In this document: positions 13,038-24,631 of the stretch, one piece after another
Position numbering within the stretch: the stretch's first letter is position 1
How the letters are laid out: every line of letters begins with the position of its first letter
From: Macrostomum lignano
Taxonomy: Eukaryota
Direction: 5' to 3'
Assembly: GCA_002269645.1 (NCBI GenBank)
Contig: NIVC01003207.1
Coordinates: forward strand, 75,004-139,003
Length of the DNA stretch: 64,000 bases
Translations under genes and position numbers: made by a program
Notes under the pieces: generated by a model
What the model was told of the DNA's origin: nothing
Database searches by the model: none
Seen by the model: only the letters and a program-made list of their open reading frames with translations

Positions 13038-16000
13038 TTAGCTGGTTTGCCGCTCGTCACCGTTGCCATGGTTACTACTACTACCACTAGCTGGTAGCAG
13101 TTCCAGCTCGGCTAGCAGTGAGAAATGATCAGACGATATATGCGGATGCGGACAGCCAAGAATGCCATTCTGGGCAAACCAGGACTCCGGAATCATGTCC
13201 AAATAGCCGATGTTATTGAAATGATCCGCCGTGAAGAATATGTAGTCGATGACGCCTCGGAAACCGTAGGTGAAATTTGTGCAATTATTCGAGCCAAAGT
13301 AGCAGGGCAACAAGTTGAAATCGTGCTCAAGGTGCTCCTCGGTTGGGGCTAGTTGTGATCGGCGAGGCGTGAGCTTGTCCAGAATTTTAGCGTAGCCCAG
13401 CTCTTTGAAGTCTAGATGGGACTTGTTTACCCGGCCGCGAGATAGGTACTCGAATACACCTGACAGGATGTCAGTGAGGAGATGCCGAACATTAGAGCAC
13501 AAGCTCACACAGGGTGTACGATCGGTCCCTGACTTATTCGAATCATTTGAGACTCTTATTATAAAGATTTAGGGGCGATTCCTTTGGTGATTTAGGGGCG
13601 ATTCTTTTGGTGATTTAGAGGCGATTCTTTTGGTGATTTAGGGGCGAATCTTTTGGTGATTTAGGGGCGAATCTTTTGGTGATTTAGGGGCGATTCTTTT
13701 GGTGATTTAGGGGCGATTCTTTTGATGATTTAGGAGCGATTCTTTTGGTGATTTAGGGGCGAATCTTCTGGTGATTTAGGGGCGATTCTTTTGGTGATTT
13801 AGGGGCGATTCTTTTGGTAATTTAGGCGCGAATCTTTTGGTGATTTAGGAGCGATTCTTCCCCTAAATCAAACATTCTAACAGTATAAGCAAATGCATTT
13901 GTAGGGACTTTTGGGTAGCCATGCGATTCAGACCACTAATGTAGAGCCAACCATCTAAGTCACAGAGTATTTATCATTTTGTTTAACACTGTTTCCTGCG
14001 TTTAAGAAAAGTACCTTCTTTTGAGTGCCCACAAGCTAATTTGTCTATGGCCTAAACTCCCACTTTCGGTTTCAGCCTCAAACTAACTGTACACTAACTT
14101 TAATTAAATGGACTCGATCGCCCCCCCAGCCAAGATTTAATTGTCCGCTCAACTTAATTAATCATCTTCATCTTTACAACCCTACAATCCTTACAATCCT
14201 ACAGTCTACACCAGCTCACCGGAATCAGGCAGTGAGTTGAAATCGCCGCATATAATAGTGGGCATGCTAGCCACATCGACTTTGTCAGCCTGTGGATTCT
14301 GCTCGCGTAGATGATTCTCAATCTTCTTCCATAGCGCCGAAAGCAGCATGATGGACTGGATTAGTTTGACATCAGAGTACTCCGGATCCCAGTGAATGTG
14401 AGCGGTGGACACCACTAGCTGACGGCGCTGACCTGTGGACTCTTCCAGCACCTCAAAGATGGCCATGATTGCGACATTGTCGCGTACCATCACCCTGTTG
14501 ATCATCTGGTGGTTTGCCTGCAGGTTGCAGTAAGTGCATTAAGCACTTGTTTAACACTGCATTTCAACTACAGAATATCACAATAAACTACAAGAATCTT
14601 ACATTAAACTACAATAATCTCACATTAAACTACAATAATCTCACATTAAACTACAAGAATCTCACATCAAACTAAAAAATTGCACACTAAACTAACAGAA
14701 TCTGAAATAAAACTACAAGAATCTCACATTAAACTACAAGAATCTCATATTAAACTACAAGAATCCCATATGAAACTACAAGAATCTCACATTAAACTAC
14801 AATAATCTAATATTAAACTACAATAATCTCACATGAAACTAAAATAATCTCAAATTAAACTACAAGAATCTCACATTAAACTACAATAATCTCACACAAA
14901 ACTACAATAATCTCACATTAAACTACAATAATCTCATATCAAACTACAAGAATCTCACATTAAACTACAAAAATCTCACATTAAACTACAAGAATCTCAC
15001 ATTAAACTACAAAAATCTCACATTAAACTACAAGAATCTCACATTAAACTACAAGAATCTCACATTAAACTACAGGAATCTCACATTAAACTACAAGAAT
15101 CTCACATCAAACTAAAAAATTGCACATTAAACTAACAGAATCTGAAATAAAACTACAAGAAACTCACATCAAACTACAAGAAACTCACATCAAACTACAA
15201 GAATCTCACATTAAACTACAAGAATCCCATATGTAACTACGGCAATCTACCTTGCAATCCTTCTCGTATTTCTCAACAGCCATCTGTGAGAACTCAATGA
15301 GGTCCTCTTTAACCAGCGTAAAGCGGTCTCGCTTCCAAAAGATGGCCACCCCGTCGACATACTTGCTCTCATTGGCTGTCATCGTTCTTGCTCGACTCTT
15401 CGGACTAAAAATGCCTTCATAACCGGCTTTAGCCAGTTCCGGGCGGAAGAACACGCCAAACTGCTCAGTTTCAACTTCTTGCAAGCAGAGAATGTCAGCC
15501 TGGTAGGCTCGCAGTTCGTCCATTATGCCTCGACGTCTGTATTCCCATTGCAGGGCCCAGGATGGACAATAAGGATACTGCTTCTTAGTGGCGTACGCTT
15601 CGCATAGCACGTTGTAGCACATCACAGTGAATGCTGTACCATGGATACTACTGCCGTTGGCGCCGCTAGTAGTACCGTTTGAGCCGCTAGTTGTCGACTG
15701 GGAATTGTTTGGTGCAGAGGCGTGACCATTGCGCGAGATCGAGTCAGTATTGCTGCGACCGCCCAGATAGCACCACTTGCGACTTGGAGGCGGCGTCATG
15801 GCGAAGCCTGGGGACGTGATTTAGGGGCGATTCTTCCAGTGACTTAGGGGCGATTCTTCCAGTGACTTAGGGGCGATTCTTCCAGTGACTTAGGGGCGAT
15901 TCTTCCAGTGATTTAGGGGTGATTCTTCCGGTGATTTAGGGGTGATTCTTCCAGTGACTTAGGGGCGATTCTTCCAGTGATTTAGGGGTGATTCTTTCAG

Positions 16001-18040
16001 TGATTTAGGGGTGATTCTTCCAGTGATTTAGGGGCGATTCTTCCAGTGATTTAGGGGCGATTCTTCCAGTGATTTAGGGGTGATTCTTCCAGTGATTTAG
16101 GGGTGATTCTTCCAGTGATTTAGGGGTGATTCTTCCAGTGATTTAGGGGTGATTCTTCCAGTGATTTAGGGGTGATTCTTCCAGTGATTTAGGGGCGATT
16201 CTTCCAGTGATTTAGGGGTGATTCTTCCAGTGATTTAGGGGCGATTCTTCCAGTGATTTAGGGGTGATTCTTCCAGTGATTTAGGGGTGATTCTTCCAGT
16301 GATTTAGGGGTGATTCTTCCAGTGATTTAGGGGCGATTCTTCCAGTGATTTAGGGGTGATTCTTCCAGTGATTTAGGGGCGATTCTTCCAGTGATTTAGG
16401 GGTGATTCTTCCAGTGATTTAGGGGTGATTCTTCCAGTGATTTAGGGGCGATTCTTCCAGTGATTTAGGGGCGATTCTTCCAGTGATTTAGGGGTGATTC
16501 TTCCAGTGATTTAGGGGTGATTCTTCCAGTGATTTAGGGGTGATTCTTCCAGTGATTTAGGGGTGATTCTTCCAGTGATTTAGGGGCGATTCTTCCAGTG
16601 ATTTAGGGGTGATTCTTCCAGTGATTTAGGGGTGATTCTTTCAGTGATTTAGGGGTGATTCTTCCAGTGATTTAGGGGCAATTCTTCCAGTGATTTAGGG
16701 GTGATTCTTCCAGTGATTTAGGGGTGATTCTTCCAGTGATTTAGGGGTGATTCTTCCAGTGATTTAGGGGTGATTCTTCCAGTGATTTAGGGGTGATTCT
16801 TCCAGTGATTTAGGGGCGATTCTTCCAGTGATTTAGGGGTGATTCTTCCAGTGATTTAGGGGTGATTCTTCCAGTGATTTAGGGGTGATTCTTCCAGTGA
16901 TTTAGGGGCAATTCTTCCAGTGATTTAGGGGTGATTCTTCCAGTGATTTAGGGGTGATTCTTCCAGTGATTTAGGGGCGATTCTTCCAGTGATTTAGGGG
17001 TGATTCTTCCAATGATTTAGGGGTGATTCTTCCAGTGATTTAGGGGTGATTCTTCCGGTGATTTAGGGGCGGATCTTCCAGTGATTTAGGGGTGAATTCT
17101 TTCAATGATTTAGATAGGATTTCTACATTGATTTCAAGGCATTAAAATGGTCATATCAAAAATATTTGCAGGATGGTTGTGGGCAACCCGACGTAACGCA
17201 TTCAGCGACATCGTCCTACAACCGGCGCTGACGGCAATTCTGCCCGTTCCGCTGACTTCTGAGCGCATGCAAGCGCGCTGAGAATGTACTTTACAGACAC
17301 ACACTCATCACAGGCTCACAGACTTCTAATCATGCCTTGGGGATTGGCCCCTATAGCTGTGATTCGGAAGACAACCCACCCGCCAATATTGTGTAGCCGC
17401 TCACGGAAACGAACCAGGAATTGTATTGCGACAGGGCCAGATGCATTTTACAGCTGAGCTGCTCGGGCAAATGCCAATTACACTATTCAGACATATAGTG
17501 TTTACCTTCGCTATCCAGCAGCCAGGACAGCATACTCTGAGTAGTCTCAGAATTGTACAATTGCAGCATATCCGGATTAAGAGGATTATGATTGAGATTA
17601 AGCACCGTCAGTTGAAACAAGCGGCCCAATTGCATAGGCAAACATCTGATTTGATTGCACTGCAGGTGCAACTCTTTTAATTCTGTTATTTCGCCAATTT
17701 CTGGCGGCAAGATTTTCACCATATTGTAGGACAGGTCGAGGTGAACAAGATTTTTCAGCTGAGCAATCTCAGGCGGGATTACGCTAATCCTGTTGTGCGA
17801 CATGTACAGGTAGCGCAGAAACGACATCGAGCACAAGCCTTGTGGAAAGATCTTTACTCCGCCAAGAATTTCTAACTGATCCCAGCTGGCTTTCGAAGGT
17901 GATTGTTTCTCTTTCCGTTGTTGCAGACTTTGCTGCTTTTGCTGAGCGTTGTTGGTGCAACCATTTTCTTTGGCATCAAGGAAGTGCACCTGCCGACGAC
18001 TGCTCATGTTTATCTCCCATAATTTGCGTTTTCTCTGCAT
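13038..18040 (-). CDS. CNOT6: CCR4/CNOT6-type deadenylase (LRR + EEP nuclease), 4 exons: 18040-17506, 15807-15251, 14517-14220, 13459-13038; ~603 aa
   Basis: LRR repeats (LYMSHNRISVIPPEI, LDLSYN). EEP motifs VMCYNVL, LCLQEVE, TAHIHWDP, ICGDFNS, GVIDYIF and SSDHFSL. Phases 1,0,1; total 1812 nt. Confidence 0.93.
13568..13870. repeat. 23-bp minisatellite GGTGATTTAGGGGCGATTCTTTT in CNOT6 intron 3
   Basis: Tandem unit visible. Same family as 15816-17105. Confidence 0.9.
14575..15240. repeat. 21-bp minisatellite CTCACATTAAACTACAAGAAT in CNOT6 intron 2
   Basis: Tandem unit directly visible. Confidence 0.9.
15816..17105. repeat. 23-bp minisatellite GTGATTTAGGGG(C/T)GATTCTTCCA in CNOT6 intron 1 (~55 units)
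   Basis: Highly homogeneous array starting ~7 nt from the 3' splice site. Confidence 0.95.
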
Positions 18041-18139
18041 CGCTTTTGGTTATTGTTCTATATTTCTACCTGAAGAGATTAGGACATAAATGAATTATTT
18101 TTACAACTGAAACTTACTCAGCCTATCTGAATCTTGATT

Positions 18140-18635
18140 TATGGGCGATTCCTAAAGTGATTAATGGGCGATTTCTAAAGTGATTAATGGGCGATTTCTA
18201 AAGTGATCAATGGGCGATTTCTGAAGTGATCAATGGGCGATTCCTAAAGTGATTAATGGGCGATTTCTAAAGTGATTAATGGGCGATTTCTAAAGTGATT
18301 AATGGGCGATTCCTAAAGTGATCAATGGGCGATTCCTAAAGTGATTAATGGGCGATTTCTAAAGTGATTAATGGGCGATTTCTAAAGTGATTAGTGGGCG
18401 TTCCTAAAGTGATCAATGGGCGATTCCTGAAGTGATTAATGGGCGATTCCTAAAGTGATTAATGGGCGATTCCAAAGTGATCAATGGGCGATTCCTGAAG
18501 TGATCAATGGGCGATTCCTAAAGTGATCAATGGGCGATTTCTTAAGTGATCAATGGGCGATTCCTAAAGTGATTAATGGGCGATTCCTTAAGTTATCAAT
18601 GGGCGATTCCTTAAGTGATTAGTGGGCGATTCTTA
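18140..18635. repeat. 23-bp minisatellite GTGATTAATGGGCGATTCCTAAA upstream of CNOT6
   Basis: Tandem unit visible. Related to the CNOT6 intron 1 and intron 3 units. Confidence 0.9.
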
Positions 18636-19830
18636 ACGTATTTTATTGCAAAAGAGCTAACGCTAAATTACAGAGGTCTACATCTATCCTGAAAAAAACA
18701 AAAATAAATATAATACTTTAACAGCCACTAATTTTTAGAAAGTTGCAATTATTTTTTATTTAATAATTTACTCACAATTATTTTCAGAGAACACAGTAAA
18801 ACAAAATTATCTTCAAGTTTAATAATTAAGAAAAGGCATATCACCCAACCCGATGAAAACGGTACTTAGGTACTTAGTAGAAAGTTAATCGTCAACACAA
18901 TGACTCTTAGACAAATTTTTCGTGACTATATTACGATTCTGCCACTCGCATGATATGCTTGTGATAGTGAGTTGTTTACACTGACTATTTAACTTGTACT
19001 TATTAACAGTCGTGTCTATAGTGAAATTAATAACTTGAAAAGCAACTCAATATTATTGACAGCGAATGAAATGCAGCCATGAAATCAGATACTTATGACA
19101 ACAAGAACAGAACATGAAATTGAATAAATTCATAGCCGTTATTAACAAACATTTCAGCCCAAATAAGATTTTACACAACAAAACTTCTACCAGAGGCTAG
19201 TTTATAAGTATTTCTGGCAAAATTTACAACTAAACTGATTTCATAAAAAATGCATTTAATGTTATTGTTCAGCACTAAATATAGATCGTTTTATTCTTAC
19301 CATTTGATGAACTCCGAATCGCATATGTTAGCAAGTAATTGCTGTGGACTGCGGTCTCACTCTGAAGCTACTACCAGGTAATTATTTTTTTATCGATTAA
19401 ATATTGATAATAAAAAACTGCTAAGACGAGAAATCGAAAAAATTAATAAGTACAAACAGATTTCACTGATTTGGTAGTTAAAACTAGAAGTCCACGCCTA
19501 AAGGCGGTTGCACCACAGACAGTCTTGAAACCAAGGACTACCGAAAATCTCAGGACGCAGAACTTAAACTTGGTAGAAATTTGTAACATTCTAAAATCAG
19601 CCATACTGCTTGCTGGCTTTGAAAAGTTATTTTATATTTTGCTTTTTTTCTGGTTTTACTTGCCTAAACTGAGATTCGGAAGTTCAAATGTACAGATTTT
19701 TCGTCAATGTCAATGCTTTAATTAAACTTTCCGAATGGATTCGTTCCATTCAGAATCTAGTTAACTATTTAATGTATAATAGTAAACCACAGTTTAATTT
19801 AAATAACATTCCAATCGGGAAGTAACGGCA

Positions 19831-20582
19831 TCATTGAGACAGGTTGCTGTGCTGTTCAGACTGAGCCAATGCGGCGTAGAGTTGCCTGACATCGCCAATA
19901 TGCAGCAGGCAGCACTCAGTTGAGCAATATTCTCCATCCCATTGAGGATCATCAATTGATAGATTGCTGCAGCCTGCTCTGGCGCAGAAACGTTTTGCTG
20001 GCGGTCTGGAATGCGGCTTGGCCCGAATGAACTGGGTTCTGGCAGCGGATTCATCGGTTTCTGTTGTTGAAATGTCAAGCTTTCTTTTGCCATTCAATTT
20101 GCTGTGACTGCTGTTGCTGCTTCTGCTACTGCTACTACTGCTCACACTGCTCACACTACTGACACTGCTAACTTCTAGATCTTCCCGATCTGTTGTTTTC
20201 TGCAACAATTTCTTCTTCTTTTCCTTCTTTTTGGTCTCCTTCTTTTGCTGTTTCTTTTGTTGCTTTTTCGGCTTAGAAGAAGACTTGTTATTTGATTTTT
20301 TAGCAGCCGCTGAAGAAGCCGATGCAGTTCCAGTTGCCATGGAGTCTGCAGTGACAAATGTCATGGAAGCTACAGGCTGATTTGACAAGCCTGAGAAACT
20401 GTGAAATCTCCACTGATCTCGCAGATCGGACATTTGCGGCTGAGAACTTCGTTTTGGCCGACTGTAAGCCAGGCCAACTGAGCGAACAATTTCAGCGGCG
20501 TCAACTGCTGCTGACACATTGATGGACAGTGGAGGGCCCTCTGTCATACTGGATTCGATTATTTGCTTAAATTGCAACTTTT
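19831..20582 (-). CDS. Lys/Ser-rich protein with TOX4-type C-terminal Cys/His motif; either a terminal exon (acceptor at 20583) or a single-exon 238-aa gene from ATG 20547
   Basis: CARAGCSNLSIDDPQWDGEYCSTECCLLH aligns with the remembered TOX4 C-terminus [29 protein letters not shown]. No HMG box is seen in the window. Confidence 0.65.
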
Positions 20583-21109
20583 CTGCAAGTTGTAACTATC
20601 ATCAATTTGAAGTATGCATAAGTAAAGTGTTTGCTTAGTTTTGTTAATCTTGATAACAGATACCACACAAAACATTGATAATGTTTTGATAGTTCTACTC
20701 AATCTAATAAAAGCCACATTTTCAGGTTTAAAATAAAAATTTCATGAACAAAAGTGTTAGTAAGATTTGACTCTTATTTTATTTTAACAAACAACCAGTA
20801 AGAGGTAATGCAAGTCTCTAGCCTATATTGTATCTAGCCTAGTCTGTAGAGCAAAAGTCACAAACTTGACAACTTTTAAGAAAATAAAAATAGACAAATT
20901 ATTTATCTGTCATATCTTTAGTCAAAATTAAGTTCATGGCCTATGTAATCTTAGTAATTACACATGCATATTTATTGTGATCAATAGGAATATCTAAATG
21001 AGCTGAAATGTTAGCTAAAACTCCTAGCATATCTTCTTTATTAAACAGTCAAAATTACAAAATTTGACAAGCTTAGCAAAACTTTAAGGACATTTATCAG
21101 CATATACTA

Positions 21110-21940
21110 TTTATCCTCCCCCTGCCATATTTGGTGGACCTACACTGCCATTGTTAGACTGGCTATCTCCTTTGCTGGCTTTATTTGGAACAGTGCCCTA
21201 GAGGTGAAAGGGTTCTTAAGGCTCTAAATAGGGTGCAAGGCCACACTTGTCAAGCTATCATGAGAGCGGCTCCCCCTATGCCCTTTGCTAGCATAAACTC
21301 TTTCCTGGACATTCCCCTTGACCTTTGTCAGAGGAGAGGCAATGAAGAACACTTGCTGTCTGCTTGACATAGGTGTCCTAACTCAGAAGCAGTTTGCCTT
21401 CAGAAAGTGAAACCTCTGGCCACACAGTGACCATAGCCCGTGAGACCTAGAAGCAGCAAGAGGCTTGCTGACCCTCTAGGAGAGAATCCTATCTATGCTC
21501 TGCCCTCCACTCAAATTCAAAACCAGTATTCCACCACATCATGAAGTAAGGGACAACTGGAAACCCTGTGAAATCTACTGCTTCATTTATGGGTTCCAAA
21601 ACAACTCTGCCTCTGGCTACAGCTACTGCATCATGTCTGGAGGGAGAACTGTGGTGACCTTCTCTTAGCACACTGGCACCTGCTTCACCATCTTCTAGAA
21701 TTAAGTTCTTGCCATCAGCTCCTATGCAGTATGCTATGAAGCTATACAATCTGCTTAGACAGTCAAGTGGCAATCCACACCTTTAAGTGTACCACCACCT
21801 GCTTGTGTACAGTCCTTGACTGCATTGGGTAGCTCAATTGCTTAGGCACCTCCAACAAGGTTTCCCTAGGTGTTTCTAGGCCTGAGAACCTCTACCAGCT
21901 TGTCTGCTACCTAAGGGCTACTAGGCAAGTGACAATCTAC
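21110..21940 (+). mobile_element. Heavily decayed LINE fragment (post-RT region + RNase H remnant; I/Loa-like)
   Basis: Hand translation gives KALNRVQGHTCQAIMRAAPPMPFASINSFLDIPLDL and a TDGS/FQAEVLAI-like stretch, with many stops. Confidence 0.45.
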
Positions 21941-24631
21941 CTCCTAGATTCTCCAAAGGAAGACCACGCTGCAGACACTAGCACTACTGGAATTTCCTAT
22001 ACAACACCATAGCATTAGCAGCCTGTGGTTGCAAAGGGTTAGCAAAATGGGCAGCAATACCTCCTCACTGTTCCAGACACACAGAGCCCCTGCAGCTAAG
22101 TCAAGTAAGTCAATCAGCATGTATTCATAAGTTTCATAAAACAGTTTGCAAATTAGTTTGTCACTTATAATCCCTGTAACTATTGTCATTTATTGATATT
22201 AGCATGCCAGAATGAAGTGACATTGGCTCTATTTGATCCTAATAGTTAAAATGATATTTAGTTAATGTAAACATATGCAACTGCTGGCCAACCTAGCTAA
22301 TCTGGCCACCATAAATTGTAGTGGACCAAGAGTAAGCTGCAAAAATGCCCACCTGAAGGAATATGGATGTAGTACAAATTATTTGATGAGGCATTTAGCC
22401 CTAATAAGACTGTCATAGTTACTCCTGCTGTTTACCCAAAATGTGTTAATTTTTGCTTTAGGGTTTCTTTCACAGTTAAGTCATATTTTTGGTCAAAAAG
22501 AAGTCACATGGCCAGTGTAAATCAGGGGGTTGCATGTAGGAGTTAATGCATTGCTTAAAAAAAATAAAAATTTTCAATTTGAACTTCTAAAAAATCAGTG
22601 AAAGTGCAAGTTGCTTTGTGCCTTGCCTACATTGAGTTTGCTTGACTTCTTATCATTTCTCTATGATTTTAATTAATAAATTGTTTTCTAGATTTACAAG
22701 ACATAGGTAAAGTTTTAGCTCATTTGGATATTTCCAATATTCATAGTACATAGTATTTAGTCTAGAAACTGCAATATCTCTCAATCATTATTGATATATT
22801 CTGTTTCTAAAAAGAACATCAAGAAAAAGACTTTAATGACTATTCTGACTCTTGATACTATTACATGAATTATGCTATTATTCATTTAGTAGTTTATAAT
22901 ATGTATTATATATATTTTAGAAATAGAAATTTCTAATAATTTCTAATAATAATAATTTATAATAAATTTAGAATTTATAATAGAAAAATATCATGTTCTA
23001 ATATAATATATTGCTAAAATTTTGCCAACCATTGCCATTATAAATTTTCATTAATAGCTAAGTTTTATATAAAAATTGTAGTATAATTACCATTACAAAA
23101 AACACAATTGCTTCCTTGTATTCATACTTTTAAAACGGTTATTATCAGAAAATGAATGAGACAATTTAAGTTGCCCCATAGTGAAAAGTTTTATTAATAG
23201 TAACATTTTAATTTAAAATAATTTCTATTTTAACTTTAGTGGTGCATTTTTTTATTAAGCCCTAATTATGGCCAAAACATTTGCTATTAATAAGTGCAAC
23301 TTTGAGTTATTTAAAAATTGTAGTTCTTTTAGAAAATTGATATTAAAGATGCAAACTATCAATTTTCTTATCAATATAAATAATGGTTTTTCATTTCTAT
23401 AACCCTTGCAAGGTATCTTATTGCTAAGTAATATTGGTTATTAAAGCAAATAAACTAAGAGCTAATATGTTGAAAAACAAATAAAATCAAACTTGTACAA
23501 TCACAAATATTAAACTTGTATATCATATGTCTAATAGTCATAACAATATTTTCAAAAAATGAAGCACTAGGCTGATTGTCTATATATTTGATATAATTTA
23601 AATAGTCATTTTCCATCATATTAGTTAACATTAGAAAGCAGAAAAAGAATCATTTTAAAACATAGGATAAATTTCCAAAACTCTCTTAATCCTTAAAGCT
23701 CAAATCCAATTTGAATAGTCACATCAAAATTTAGGTAAACCATAGCAATAACCCTAAAAACAATGGGAATTTAAACCCTAAAATTATGTAAGAGCTTAGT
23801 GCCCTTAGGTATATTATATATATAAACAATAGCCATTATAAGTTTACACTAATGACTAATATAAATATCTGTATAAATTATTTCCATAGCATACATAATG
23901 ATGACTTTCATTAAATAACTTTTATTAATTATTCCAAGTCAAGTGTATGGCAAGTAATAAAAAAAATAATAATAGATTATACCTACTCTACTTGGGCCAC
24001 ATATACAACCAATAGCTTAGCCACAGCTATTGTGCAATGTATCTAAAGGTTGCATATGGCTATTCAATCCAAGGTCTAAGGAGTTACAATATCTTCAATT
24101 ATCCTAGCTAATGCTAGCACCCATTTTATAGCTGGGTGAACTGAAACAATGCAGAATTAAGAGTCTTGCTCAAGTACACATTGTTCTAGTGGGATTGGGA
24201 ATTAAACCCCCAACCTTCAAGTTGTGAGTCTAACATTTTAACCTCTAGGCTACAACCCCCTTATACACTCTTATGGCAGGCACTAAAAAATACAACTCTT
24301 GGAAATAGATTTTTTGAAAATGGATATTTGGCTAGTCACAATATTCTTAATATATACTAAATCTGAACTTGGTCATTTTTATATGCTAGCTATATATATT
24401 ATTGTTGGATTTGAAAAATTTTATATATGCCAAGATTGTCAATGAAAGGTAAAAATATGCTATAAATTTATGATATAAAGGTCACCTTCAAGACTATAAT
24501 AATTACATGTATATACAAAAATAGGCCTATTTGAAATTTCTATTTGCCAACTGTTCAAACTCATATCATATGAACAAATTAAGAATAAGAATAATAGAAA
24601 AATAGCTGTTTCTTTTCAGATAAAATGCTGA

